Shown: positions 40,897 through 54,910, counted from the stretch's first letter. The stretch: DNA of 64,000 nucleotides from Eledone cirrhosa (GCA_964016885.1 OZ024743.1:102920001-102984000); one strand, 5' to 3'. Made by a program: numbers and translations. The notes: generated from the sequence alone by a model not told the origin.

Positions 40897-41361
40897 TGTA
40901 GCGGCCACTTACGGCTGTGACTCAGCACGTATAGGAGTTACGTCCCTTTGCGACGGGCGCGACTCCCAGCGGCAGATTCATGTACTAAATGGAGTTGCGT
41001 CCCCCTGGGGACTATATAGTCGAGGACAATCAAGCCATAAGACACACTCTACTCCTGAACTTCGAAGGGACAAGAACACCTGAGACCTTGTCAAGAGATG
41101 ACTCCTGTTTCACTTCCTTCGCACCCAAGAAGAAGAACACTGGCAGCCTAAAGAAACACTTGAACCTTACCAAGAGAAGATTTTCTGTTCTCCTCCACAC
41201 ACTCCAGTCTGGGAGTTGTGACCACCTGAACATCAACATGTGTTAACAATTCTTTATAACAATTTATTTGACTTCTGTGAAGTAAAACTAGGTCACGACT
41301 CTCACCTGCATTTATTGTCATTCTTGATAATATTTATATACACTGATACTAATTTCCTAAA
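40897..41361 (+). repeat. 3' LTR (465 bp, TG...AA)
   Basis: Follows the PPT; direct repeat of the 5' LTR. Confidence 0.95.
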
Positions 41362-42139
41362 ATCTCAACGAAATATCGTTCAATCTATTTATCTGTGAAG
41401 GCTGTCTCCATTTATTTCTTGGAGGACACAAAGAAGACTCTCCCGACATTGGAAAAATGCAGGTATGATATTATTTTTTACTCTCTTCCTGAGGTAACAG
41501 ATTGTAGTCGGGGAGTGACCGTCCTAAGAAAATAATGTTATTCTAGCAAAATGTTTCATATCTAGAATTCTTTGGCTTAAAAGTGTACTTGTAATGTATA
41601 GGGTCTGGGAGGTTTTTTGAAATACTTTTAGTTGAAAAAAGTGTGTATGTGCAAATACTACACCTGTTGTTGCTATGTACATTGTTAATAGATATATATC
41701 TTCAGATGTTGGAATTCTGAATCATTAATACTATTTGTTTTAGCTTTTGATTTTTTCTGCTTTGGAACTGTTTTGTTCTGTTCGATAGTGGTCTGTCAGG
41801 GAAAGTCACTATCGACCTGAAGCTCTACAATTTCAGAAATAAAAACAATAGATATATAAAAAGAATTACTGAACACCCCCCACCCACCCCCCAAAAAAAC
41901 ACACTACCTTCGTCGTCATTCCATAGTACACAATTGACTTCCAATAGTTCAATAAATGTTCGTGTGCAGTCATAATGTATAAAATGTCAGAGTTGAATAA
42001 AAGTTATAATGATTTTTAATCTAGGCAAAGGTCTGTCAATAGTGGGGAGGGAAAAAGTCGATTAATTTGACCTAGTATTTGACTGGTACTTTATTTTATT
42101 GACAGCGAAACGATAAAAGGCAAAGTTTACAATCGTGGT

Positions 42140-42560
42140 ATTTGAGCCAATTGAACCTTTCCAATTCCAAAAGGCTGCTCGAAAGAGTAGAAGACGTATT
42201 ACGAAAACTGAGATGGAAATCCTTCCTCTTCGACGGGGGATATGGCCTCCGTTGCCACTGGAAAATTATTTTAACATTTAATCATGTAGGTATCCCCAGA
42301 GTTCGAAAGCGATCTCTTAGATCTAACCTTCAGCATCAAATTCCGTGAGTACTAAAATACTTTCCAAAATAACCTCTTAAATAATATTAAAATAGTTTAA
42401 ATCTTCTAAAAATGCTTTTGTCTTCTCCGATAAAACTCAGAACCTATATGAAGTAAAAAGAAGATAGATATAACCAGCTTATCCTAAACAATATAACCAA
42501 TAAATACCAGAAAGCTAGAACAAGCACCTATAACAATAGTAATGATGGGGTCAATATTGG
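42140..42560 (+). mobile_element. Decayed PLE N-terminal fragment
   Basis: KRLLERVEDVLRKLRWKSFLF and FVFSDKTQNLYEV are typical PLE pre-RT motifs. Confidence 0.7.
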
Positions 42561-43045
42561 TAGATATTTTAAGATTTACACTAGCTGAATGGCTGTAAAC
42601 CTAATTATACCAACAGGCCCAGCTGTAGTTTGCTAAACCCAACTAGAAAAGGATTACAACTAACCAGTAATGAACATAGGGTCCGGATATTAAAAAATCA
42701 GAAACAGACGTACTACATCCACCATAAGTCCCCTATACTAACAATCTGTACGGCATGACAACTTTTTTCTTTTCTCTCCCACTTTACACTACATTCACAA
42801 TTGACCCGAGTTACTCTCAAACAATGGAACTCATGCACACTCTCACATGTATAACATAGCGCATCACTATCTCCTCTAGAATGCACACACACACGCACAC
42901 ACACGCATGCACGCACGCACGCACGCACGTTATTCATAGCTACGGCTTTCTAAATGTTTATTTATAAACATACCGTATTTTTTTAGAAATACGAAATTCA
43001 AATACATATTTGTATACAGCTATATTCGAAGCTAAATCCTAATTC

Positions 43046-43177
<132 letters not shown>

Positions 43178-43604
43178 TCTCAGGATAAAATAATCTGCAT
43201 TTCCCAAGTAGAATATTAGGGGAAGAAAAATAGATCTGCTGAAGAATTGGAAATCCAAAGTCGTTTTAAAGTCTGAACTAAATGGAACTTTTTTCTCCTC
43301 AAGTGATTCATAAATAGTTATATCTTACTTAAAGGAACAGGAACAAGTTTATAAATTAGCCAACATTTAACTGAACACTGGAAACAGTTTGATTACTACG
43401 CTCAAATTGTCTGAAAACAATACAAGGAAAAATCAGAATGGTTTCAATCTAAATGTTGCATAGCTACTTCAGTCGCTGCGAAAACTATTCATCCGTGTTG
43501 TTCGCAATAACAGCTAGACTTAGCAGAGTAAGGGTTAAGTTCATAACGTGCTGTTTTTGTTTTTTTGTTTGAAGCGAATTTACTTCATTTATGAAATTAA
43601 CATG

Positions 43605-43683
<79 letters not shown>

Positions 43684-43724
43684 ATCTCGATCTATTTTTT
43701 AACCAAAATAAACGAGACATATAT

Positions 43725-43801
<77 letters not shown>

Positions 43802-44759
43802 GCAAGTTATTTGTTTATGATGCAAAACTCACTTTTGTACAGGAGTCTATAAACAAAGTTTCAATCAATTTCTGAAGATGAATAAATGCTTCTTTGATGA
43901 CCCAAGGGATTGCAGTTATTCAGAGAAAGATTTCCTATCGACATATTCGTCTTCTAGAAATTCTATTAACATATTTGAAAAAAAAACCCAGTAAATTGGC
44001 AAAATTTTTAGAACGTTGGATAGCATACATTGCAGTATTCGTTCCGATCCTCTGTTAAGTTTATATCCCGCTTAGGTCAACTTTGCTTATCATCCTTTCA
44101 AGTTCGGTAAAAAAAAGTACCAGACGAGTACTAGGGTCGATCCTTCCTCTATATCTCTTTCTCACTTCCTCTCTCTCGCCGTTTCTCAGAGAAATCGGTT
44201 GTGTTCAGACTCGGAGAGAGGGTACGCTATGTCACGACAACGCCACTACGACGCGTCAGGAGATACGGTAACTACTCCATGTAAATTTGACGCTAAAATA
44301 CCAAAAACAGAGGTCACTCATACAGATAGTGTTATGAGTAGAAAACTATTAATATCTTGCATAAAGAGCATATAATCAAGGAAAAAATTAAAATAATACT
44401 TACATTACATTAGCAATATATAGTTATGATAAATTCTTAGACAGCCTGTTTCTGATTTTGAAAAAAACGCAAAAGATACTACAATCAATTAGATAACTAT
44501 TAATGTTATTCACGTTAGCTGCTTGGTAATACACTGTACATCTCCCGCCAATCTATGAAAGGTTTATAGTAGATTAGATAAAACACAATCAGTAACACAG
44601 TAATAGAATGAAAAGTAAAATCATTTTTTTGTAGTTAAAGCCTTAAGATGCTCCTTCCTTACGCTATAAACTTCAATCACATTGAAACTTATTTAACAGT
44701 TTAAAATTCAAACACTTTATATTAAGACGTACGTACCACGATAAGAAAATAGATATGTT

Positions 44760-44880
44760 CTAACGAAAAATCCGCGATATAGCGAGGTTACCGCGATAGG
44801 AAATTAGATGTTCCAAAGAAAAATCCGCGATGTAGCGGGACCGCGAAAAGTGAACCGCAGTATAGCGGGGGATTGCTGTA
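44760..44880. mobile_element. End of a Tc1/mariner-pogo-type MITE
   Basis: Repeated aaatccgcgat.tagcg subterminal motifs ending ..gggggattgctg|TA; partner TIR not found. Confidence 0.5.
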
Positions 44881-45011
44881 TATATATATACGTGTGTTTG
44901 TGTGTGTGCGTGTGTATGTGTGTGTAAAAGGTAAACAGAAATGACAACACAAACGGTACAGCATATGGACGGAATATATTAGTTTAACGCTTGAAATAGC
45001 AGAAAGAGAGG

Positions 45012-45045
45012 CTTAACGTTTCGGACGCTAGTCCTTAATCAGAAG
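45012..45045 (-). ncRNA. Minimal PLE-type hammerhead motif (G8>T variant)
   Basis: Minus strand CTT-CTGATTA-A-GGAC-tagc-GTCC-GAAACGTT-AAG. Confidence 0.6.
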
Positions 45046-46000
45046 AAAGAAAGAGAAATTAGAAAGACTGAGAGGACGAGTAGGGTGGAATCGAAAACAA
45101 TTTTTTAGAGAAAAATAGCAGGCCCAATCATGTTGGAAAACTGTTAATGCTGGCGTTTTGTGTATGATATACGTTTTTTTTTTTAGAAAAGTGGATGAGT
45201 GAGCGCGTCTATCTGAAAGGGGAAAAAACATTTTGTATATAGAGCTATACGTGTGCACGTGCGTATTCGGGTGTGTGTATGTGTGTTATTATACGTCCGT
45301 ACGAAGTTAAGAGGATATGTGTGTGTATATGTAAGTAAAATAGTTTGTGTGTCTATGTGTGTGTATGTGCTTGTAAGTACAAAGCTGTGAGCAAATGTAT
45401 GTTACTAAAACGGAGTGTGTGCGTACAGAGCTGTGAAGGTAACAGTAGAGGTGTGTGCGTATGTTTTTGGTCTGTATCAGCTGTATATTTTGTCCATTCA
45501 TTGAGATGTCTATGTATTAAAACAAATAAGTTTTTAATTAATATTAAACACTCCTTTAGTGTAGGGTAGATTTAGATGTATTTTGCTACTATTTCTAGCA
45601 TCATTATAAGCCTGCCATATTATCCTAGTATATATAAAGATATTTGTTCATTTAGTTCTTCAACTAAGCAACGTGTTGGACGCCATGTTGTTGCAGCAAC
45701 GAAATTATCTGTATACTTTATGATCAATATCTCCTATTGTTCAAAAGAATACTTCACTGATGAAAGAATAAGTTCTTCCAATATTGGCTGTTCCAATGAT
45801 TTGAAATAACTAATACTGTTTCTTTATTTTGGAAACCATGATCGGAAGACGATTATATGAGTTAGACTAACTTATTTTAGTCAGTCTGGCTTATACTCCC
45901 CTAAATTGAGATTTTGGCATATGCTTAAATATATATATGTGTATGCGTGTGTGTATGTGTGTGTGGGGGGGGGGGGGTACTTTACATGCACACCTATTCT

Positions 46001-47150
46001 TAAAAGAATGGGTGTGCATGTAAATACGCTGCTTGAATATATTGGCGGTTAACGCTATGTAGGCCCTACTAGACGTGGGTGTTTCGACCTTACATTGCAT
46101 CTCCAGAAACATTGTCTACAAATGTAAGGTCGAAATACCCACGTCTAGTAGGGCCTACATAGGGTTAACCGCCAATAGATTCAAGCAGCGTCTTTACATG
46201 CACACCCAATCTTTTCTTAACCCTTTAAAAAGGAATATGACGTCACTTTCAGCTTATATCTGGAGTCTAAAAGACACCCAATACAGTTTACACTGGGAGA
46301 TCCTAGCTAAAGCTAGATCGTATAACGGAAATAAAAGACCATGCGATCTTTGCGCCGCTGAAGCCCTGGAAATACTCTACGCCAATGATCACATTTTAAA
46401 CAAAAAATGTGAGACAATTTCGGCTTGTAAACATAAATTGCATAACACTTTCCTGTATTACAGCCCCACATTATGCCCTAACGGATAGTACGAACAATAC
46501 GCGGGTAATTTACGTATTGATGTGGTAGCTAAGTATATTTTATGTTTATACCATTGCTTATTTGTATAGGTAAGTAAGTATAATACCTTACCCGTATGTT
46601 TTGTGGAGGTACGTATACTTTCTCGTACGCATATATGCTTGTATTTGTTATAGATGTATATATTATATATACTGGTATGTGTGTATATGGTTATGTGTAT
46701 ACGTGTATTTCGTGTTTGTGCGTGTATATTTGTATGCGTGTATGCGTGTTTGCTCGTATTCAAAGTGTGTACAGTGGGTTTTGGTATATGTACGTTTGGG
46801 GAACATATGTGTATTTACCTGTAGGTATGTGTGCGTGTATATGTATATACGTTTATATAATTATATGTATATACACACACATATTTTTATATGTGTATTT
46901 GGTGTATACATTCGTATGTATGCGGGTACATGTGTCGCGCTGGTTTTACGTACGTGTGCGCGTGTTTATGTGTACGTGCGTGTATATGCAGGCATGGCGT
47001 GTGTTTTCGCGTATGCACGTGTATGTACGTATATAAATGTGTGTACGTATTTGAATTATTATTACTTTATGATTTTAATAACCGCTGTCATTTAACTTTC
47101 AGAAGATCTCGTTAAGGGTGAAAGCAGCGATTCTTTGCTTAAACTTTAAT
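46001..47150 (+). mobile_element. 5'-truncated PLE (GIY-YIG and 3' UTR) with inverted 5' segment
   Basis: NIVYKCKV..YIGLTANRFKQRLYMH..CDLCAAE..LNKKCETISACKH; 46001-46097 is the reverse complement of about 46121-46220. Confidence 0.88.
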
Positions 47151-47341
47151 CTGTTATTTTAATAAATATTTGCTCTAGCGTTCTTATATATTTGATATAA
47201 ATTTATCCTTATCGAGCCCTCTTTGGATTTTAGTCTTCGAATTTATTATTATTACTATATACATATATCGGCTTACTTTATTCATATGTAAGTTTATGTG
47301 CATGTCAGACTCAAACTTACAATGGTTGGTATTATATATGT

Positions 47342-47405
<64 letters not shown>

Positions 47406-47934
47406 TGCTTGATAAAATAATCAAATTAAATTGATTCAACACTTAAACACACATAGGAATAATAGGTTGTTACCAAAGTGCCAGAGGATTGACAAGCCGA
47501 CCCTAGATATGATTAATAGCTCTAGGAGAGCCAAGACGACACCACATCTTTTTAACTTTGATTTTGATAGTAGGTTTATAATTATTAATTTTCATTGTAC
47601 CTTTGTACGAAAGTCTATTGAAATTCTTCGGTCAGTCCTCCTAGAAACAGATCAACCTGTTTCATCACTTAATTCCTGGCAAATGGTCATTAGCCGATGA
47701 ATTCGGTACATCTAAAATTTCATCAAGGGTAAGTCTTCATTATAGGTATATAAATGAATATATTAAATATATAAATGAATTTATTACGACTATAATAACC
47801 AATGAATGATTATTATGACTACAGCGGGATGTTGGTTTTGCGACATGGAGTTACGGCCCTTTACATTGTGAGTTCAAATACTGGCGAGGTGTCTATAATA
47901 GAAAGTTTGACGTTCTATAACTACTCTCACGTGG

Positions 47935-48103
47935 TCCGAACGTGGAAGAGCCGAACTCCCACTGTCATCGCTTCCATCTCTCTCGCCCTCCCCATCTCTC
48001 TGTATGGGAGAAAATTGCGTCCCACGTGTTGGCCTCCCCACAGCCACGGTGGACAGAATGGAGAAGGCGTTTCCCCGGAGGATGGTAAGGGAGATGCACT
48101 GGA
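47935..48103 (-). mobile_element. 3' terminal fragment of a CRE-like element
   Basis: FQCISLTILRGNAFSIL; homologous to 3800-3985. Confidence 0.6.
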
Positions 48104-48499
48104 AACCTATTAGAATTGCTTTTAACTGCATATATATTCTGGTCCAGCTGACCTATTTCACTGTAGTGGTAGTGGTGTGAGCAGGTCATTTAGCTGGACA
48201 ATTACACCCCTCCCCCTGTTGTGGTGGTATTCAAGTTGTCGAGGAAGAATTTATATAGGTAAACTGATATTGGTTCCTCTGGTGGTGTTTGTGTTTCTCC
48301 ATATCGCTAGTTCTTATAGTAGGAGATGTTATAAATGTGTGTGTTAAAACAAATACGTGTTAAAATCCTGAAGTGTTAACTCCACAACAGGGGGATTGTA
48401 ATTGACCAGCTAACTGATCTGCTCACACCCCTATCACTACAGTGAAGTAGGTCAGCTGGACGAGAATATGTATGCAGTTAAAAGCAACTCTAATAGGTT
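48104..48499. repeat. ~120-bp imperfect inverted repeats around a ~155-bp spacer (foldback/MITE-like)
   Basis: aacctattagaattgcttttaactgcata..ccctgttgtgg versus ccacaacaggg..tatgcagttaaaagcaactctaataggtt. Confidence 0.8.
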
Positions 48500-49257
48500 G
48501 ACTTGTTTCTAGGAGAACTGACCGAAGAATTTCAATAGAGTTTCGGCTGGGGAGGTGATATGGTACCTGACCAATGAGGTGAGGGCATGACCTTCGGACG
48601 CTGGAATTCGTTCATTCTAAATCATATGCCTTCCGTTCTTAAGAAGACTAACTGCACACTTTGTATCTGAGCATATCAATGGATTAACAAGGTAAAAATC
48701 TATTACAATATTATATTTTCCTGGGTTTTTTCTATTCAAGTTCTTACTGCTTGATTATGTCATAGCTGTTGAATAATGGCGATCACTGAAATATATATAA
48801 CAGCGAATATGAATAAACGAAGCTAATTTTAACCTGTTGACTTACACTTCTTGTTTATATATATATTCTCCCATATTCCAAATTACCTTTACAATTTCAG
48901 TAAAATAATCTAGATTAAGAAAACCTTCCATTTCCATAAAAATGTTTTCCATGTAACAAAAACAAAATTAAAATTCCAACTTTTATTAGAACCTGTTCAT
49001 TGGAAATATCTCAATAGAACAAGAGAACTATTGATTTACCAATTTCAATTATATGTACGGTTAAACTATTATATAGATATCCATATATGGACATGTGTGT
49101 GTTTCTCTGAGAAACTCAAACGGAGTATTTTTTAAATACGCTGCAATTTGTCGCTGGATCAATAAAATCTTGAAGCCGTTGAGACGTCAACATATATATT
49201 TATATAATACCTTTGACGATAGGTAGAAATGAAAATTTAAAGCTGTTTTTCAAATAA

Positions 49258-49437
49258 TTGTTTCTACTTTAGGCACAAGGCCAGCAATTAACCAGTGCAT
49301 TACTGGTACTTTATTTTATCGACTCCGTAAGGATGAAAGGCAAAGTCAACCTCGGCGGGATTTGAACTCAGATCGTAAAGGGACGTAACTATGCTGGAAA
49401 GCATGGCGTCCGACCCTCTACTGATACTGCCAATCCT
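49258..49437 (-). mobile_element. SINE family A with TSD tttcaaataat
   Basis: Family match; 11-bp direct repeat on both sides. Confidence 0.88.
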
Positions 49438-49735
49438 TTTCAAATAATGCACCATATATATATGTATTGCTCAACAACTTGCACCAGTGGGTGTGTCCCT
49501 GTATAATCATTAGAACTACATCGTATTGCAAGCTAAATTTCCATTAAATCACATCATTCCGACTTAAAAAAGGAAAATTGTATCGGATGATGCAGTGCTT
49601 TATACGCGTAAGAATATGTCTAATATTATCATAAGGCCAGAAATTTGTGGAAAACGAAAGTTAATTATATCAACCCAGAACTTGACTGTTACTTTAAATT
49701 CTTCATCTATTGATCAATCTCTTTCTCTCGCTCTT

Positions 49736-49847
<112 letters not shown>

Positions 49848-49936
49848 ATATAAAATGGTGAAGAGAAATAACAAAGCAAACAACACAGTACATTGAAGAA
49901 ATATATTAGTTTAACGCTTGAAATGCCAGGAAAAGT

Positions 49937-49970
49937 CTTAACTTTTCGGACACTAGTCCTTCATCAGAAG
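49937..49970 (-). ncRNA. Minimal PLE-type hammerhead motif
   Basis: Minus strand CTT-CTGATGA-A-GGAC-tagt-GTCC-GAAAAGTT-AAG; same family and flank as 45012-45045. Confidence 0.65.
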
Positions 49971-50589
49971 ATATAGTTAGAAATAAAAGATAAATAGAAT
50001 GATAAAGCATGAGAAGAGGAAGGAACGGGAAAAAGTGAGGAAAAAAACCGGAAAAAACACACTTGCCTTTCAGTCAGCCATTTTGGATATATTAGTGTGT
50101 GTGTGTAAGCGTTTGTTTGTGTGTCAGTGTGTCTGTGTGTCACTATATCATATAATCCCACTATTCCAAAGTTTTAAACATATGGAAGATAGAGTGATGT
50201 TAAAGAAAATATAACTCTATATTATTTGGATTGTCTCAACCTAGATGAAGCTCATTTAGCGAACGATTTTCTTCAAATTACAGCATTAAAAAACTGTAAT
50301 TTGAGGAGCTACTTGTTAAAATGCTTTGTTTTCATGCACGGCCGCAGTTGCTAGATGATAACGCCTACCCTAATTCTATGTTAGGTGCCTACTATCGTTT
50401 ATATAATTGAACGTTACATCGTCATTCTCTCTGCCAATAATGACATTCTCTTCAATCAAGCTAATAATGACATTAACGCCTATTTTCTTTTCACTCTACA
50501 ATTTACTTCCCCATAATTTTCATCTGGTATGCTGCTGCTGCCCCTCCTCCTCCTCCTACTACTACTACTACTACTACTACTACTGCTAA

Positions 50590-50775
50590 TAATTGTTTCT
50601 ACTTTAAGCACAAGGCCAGCAATTACCCAGTGCATTACTGGTACTTTATTTTATCGACCCCGTAAGGATAAAAGGCAAAGACAACCTCGGCGGGATTTGA
50701 ACTCAGACGGTAAAGGATCGTAACTCTATGCTGCAAAGCATGTTGTCCGACAGCTCTACTGATTCTGCCAACCCA
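50590..50775 (-). mobile_element. SINE family A
   Basis: Family match. Confidence 0.85.
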
Positions 50776-50799
50776 CAGTCCTCTATAATAATATTGGTC

Positions 50800-52920
50800 T
50801 TAAGGGCCGACATACAGGGGACAATACAAAATCAGCGACAGTATGGGTTTACAGAACACAACGCGTAAAAAGAAGAAAATCAATAACAATAAACAATAAA
50901 AATACAAAAATGAAATTCCCCAATAGAGACTTACCACCCAGAGGGGACTCAAGAAACCCACCAATCCTAAACCACCCGGTGCTCCAAGAGCATCTTAGGA
51001 GGGCGCCGCTCTCCTCCCCAAATTAGCCAGCCTACAGGCGCACGGATAGAGTAGGCTCTTTTATAGGGGCCTTACTCGTAACGTTCACCCACCTTTTAGC
51101 AAATATACTGGGGGGGGGGCAATTCCCTCTCCAGCATCGCCTTCCTTTTCAAGTGGAACTCGAAAATATTGATGATGAATTTGCCGAAGTAAAAAGTGCC
51201 TGTCTTCAGTCCTTTCGGCTACATCCTCCACACAACCACTTTCGTTACAGCCACCAAGCAGAGAAAAATTGTCTGCACTTCTCGTGTAAAAGAATCGGCG
51301 AGACGAACTTCAGGGTGGACTCAGTCGATATCCGATCCGTCATACATTAGATAACAGCTGTTCGACATAACTCTGCAGGACAGTAATGCATAGACACTGG
51401 ACGAGTGAGTGGAAAACTGTTTTGCAGCTCTGTACGCATCTCGGGCAGGTCACTTTGACCGCACTTCCATGCATGTTGAGTTCATCTCGAACCGGCAGTG
51501 CCCCTTCCCCGGTAGCACTGCCAAACCAGTGATTTCTGAAAGTTATCCATAGTCCGCAGCTCGAAAGTCATCCAAAACAGACTGGTCAGTTCGATTTCGA
51601 CGACACCCAGAGCCTCTCCGAGAGCGTCGTCGCTCTTACTCACCACTAATCCTCTATAGAACTAGAAAGTGGAATTTCCACTGACCGCATTGCCCACCTT
51701 GTAGTGGGTAGTGAACGCCTGGCAACAAACCAGATGCAAAGCGCCCTCTCTCGGTCTCTTCTTGACCCAATACTGCAGCATAATCAAAGCGATGAGCTGC
51801 GCATAGACCTGTCTCACAACGGTGACCACATTTGTTCAACGTTTAAGAATATCTGAAGATGCCATAGCCTCAGCACATGTTTGTGCATCATCAACCACGC
51901 CATGCCCAGATCTCTGCATAGAGGGTGCTTGGCAGTAGATGGAGCTTTGTTCCTTCTACAAAAAGTTGGAGAGCAGGCCTTCCAATTTGGTGAGGTGTGA
52001 ACGGGGGCAAGGCACGACGATCAGGTAGTTATAGATGACGGATGCGATGTAGGCGTTCCTCACCTCCACCCGAAATTTCAAAGATAGCTTACTCTCGGTT
52101 TATTTTTGAGTACGAGTGGCCACCCTGCTCGTTATTTCGTTCCATTCCTTATCCATGTAGAGGTCTGGTCTGAACTAGCCCACGAACAACTTCACAGATC
52201 CGTCCGCCCATCCAGCTTCCGACAACGTTGAAGCCCGGCATGGATTTGCCTCTCGAAGTGCTGAGCTGCATATCCACCGACTTTTACGGGTCCAGTGTTT
52301 CTCCCATCAAACTTTCATACTTCTCTAAGAAGCTGTCGACCACTACGATTTCCGAGGTGTTCGACACCATCATGGTGATGTCGTCCACATATGGTGACGC
52401 AACCCTTCCACGTCACGGTTCGTGCGGGATGCCCTGCATCAGCTTCAGCTTTCGCAGTAAAGGTTCAAGAGTCAATACGTACAGACGGGAGGAGAGAGGG
52501 GGCACCTCCGACGGACTGATCACGTGATTGAAACGGACCCTATCGAAAGCTTTCGATCGATCGAAATTGATCATAACCCCACCGAAGCCAGGTTTACTCC
52601 ATAACCACGCTATAATGTATCACATGAGATGGAAGTCGTCGTGTATGGACCTGGTCAGAATTGCGCAAGCTTGTGCCTCCCCAACCAGACTCTCGATCAC
52701 AAGCGCCAATCTCTTTGCTAACACCTTGCTTGAAATCTGGGTTTTGAGCCTGAAATTATCTTTTGCGTGCTTATTGTTCTCGTCTTTCCTCATAAGCGTT
52801 ACTACGCCCCGGCTCGCAGAAGTGGGAATACTCCCGGTCTGCTGCCAGTTGCAGTAGACTGCTTCGAAGAGATAGGAACATGTCTGGCCTATCTACGTAA
52901 AACTCGTAAGGCAGACCACC
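50800..52920 (-). mobile_element. Decayed L1/Tx1-like RT and 3' end
   Basis: Minus-strand pieces LPYEFY, VLAKRLALVIESLVGEAQACAI, SKAFDRV, YVDDITMMVS and NAYIASVIYNYL. Confidence 0.8.
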
Positions 52921-52971
52921 CAAACTACCCCCCCCCCCCACACACACACATATATATATATATATATAATC

Positions 52972-53080
52972 TAGAAATGGCTTCTACAGGACTAGAACTG
53001 TTTTATTCGGGAGAAATCATCAGGAAGCCTTGATGATTTCTCCCGAATAAAACAGTTCTAATCCTGTGGAAGCCTTTCTA
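52972..53080. repeat. ~53-bp-arm hairpin formed from an inverted hammerhead-like motif
   Basis: Near-perfect inverted repeat with a 3-4 nt loop. Confidence 0.85.
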
Positions 53081-53155
53081 TATCAAATATTTATAATCTG
53101 CTCTGTATTGAGTACCTTACTTACTGCGGTTACCCCCGATTGAACTCGGGATAAA

Positions 53156-53210
<55 letters not shown>

Positions 53211-53216
<6 letters not shown>

Positions 53217-53426
53217 TCAGCGAGAATTGCATTTCGGCAGGTAGAAAAAGCGAAACGTAACGCAAATTCACAGTCATGCTGCCAAGCGCTCCAATGGCTA
53301 AAAACCAGAGCTATAAATATAGGTTATAAACGCAATACAGACTGAGAAGACGGTCAAGAAGGCATTAACTACTTAAGCCAAAAAACAAGTCAAGCTAAAC
53401 TGGTCAGACAAAATAAATGACATAAT

Positions 53427-53473
<47 letters not shown>

Positions 53474-54078
53474 CCTGGACCCTTGGAATTGTTGGAAAAA
53501 TCAAATAACAGGGTTTCTGTGACACCTAAATCAATAATACTGTCTGCTTAAAACCATAAGCTTTTGGTATAATGATCGAACGAGGAATATCTCGTTATCA
53601 ACAGGTATTTTGTTCAGCGCCAGTGTTGTGGCGGACGTAGTGTTTTGCAAAAGCACATGTGTAACTCACAAGGGGAAAAACTCCGGAATTTGGCAAATGA
53701 ATTCAGTATGTGTAAATCATGCAAAAAATTGCATAAATAGCACAAATCGATTAAGCACTCAACCAGGTTGTTTTTAAAATAAACGTATGCAATTAATCTG
53801 TCAATAAAATTATTAACAGGTTAATTGTAAGACTCGGGAGATTAATACAAATATAAATTCAGCGAGAATCGCATTTCGGCGCGTAGAAAAAGCGAAACGT
53901 AACGCAAATTCAGAGTCATGCTGGCAAGCGCTCCAATGGGTAAAAAAAAAAAACAGAGCTATAAATATAGGTTATAAACGCATACAAACTGAGAAGGCGG
54001 TCAAAAAGGCATTAACCTCCTAAGCCAAAAAACAAGTCAAGCAAAACAGGTCTGACAAAATAAATGACATAATCATAC
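53211..54078. repeat. ~225-bp direct repeat pair (53211-53432; 53853-54078), each ending in (TA)n
   Basis: ataaattcagcgagaat..aaataaatgacataatcatacatata occurs twice; pseudo-LTR-like layout. Confidence 0.85.
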
Positions 54079-54499
54079 ATATATATATATATATTGTTAT
54101 ACTTTGGGAGGGTCATGTTGCCAGAAACGAAATATATATATATACATATACACATATATATAACATTTCAGTTTTTCCATTTATATATATATATATATAT
54201 ATATAAAAACAAATAACGAAACGAAATTAAATTTCGTTTCGTTTGTAACTCACTTTTGTATGACTGACGCTTAAACAATTAAGTTAAAAATGTACATCTA
54301 CATATGCATACTGAAATACTAGTGTGTATATGAATACACACACGTATACATATGTAGGTGTACCAAGTCTTTCACTGGTCGCTTTACAGTGAGCGGCCCA
54401 GCTATTCTGTATGTAAACACACAGACAAACCGGTTTTTAGAGTCATACTGGGTTTTCGGGGGAACACCTTCCCCCTATTCACCAGAAAGCCAGACAAGG

Positions 54500-54544
54500 A
54501 ATATTGAACTAGTTTCGTTGTTGTTACAACTCATCAGCAATATT
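54500..54544 (-). ncRNA. Type I minimal hammerhead ribozyme
   Basis: Exact reverse complement of 54911-54955. Confidence 0.85.
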
Positions 54545-54910
54545 TACCTATCTACCGTTTGTCTGTGTGTTTACATACAGAATAGCTGGGCTGCTCACTG
54601 TAAAGCGACCAGTGAAAGACTTGGTACACCTATATATGTATACGTGTGTGTATTCATATACACACTAGTATTTCAGTATGCATATGTAGATGTACATTTT
54701 TAACTTAATTGTTTAAGCGTCAGTCATACAAAAGTGAGTTACAAACGAAACGAAATTTAATTTCGTTTCGTTATTTGTTTTTATCGTCTCCGCTGAACCG
54801 GTGCGTACTCACACTCTATGCAAATTAGTCTGCCCACTACTAATTTTCATAGAAAAAGCATATAACGATATGTGCTTTTACAATTCTCCAGAAAGGCCGG
54901 TAGATAGGTA

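Larger units (their letters stand above)
36241..41361 (+). mobile_element. Ty3/Gypsy LTR retrotransposon, CsRn1-like
   Basis: Two LTRs, TSD atct (36237-36240 and 41362-41365), PBS tggtgacccgacg (tRNA-Trp-like) at 36706, PPT ggaggaggg at 40885, CHCC gag knuckle, PR-RT-RH-IN order. Confidence 0.95.
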
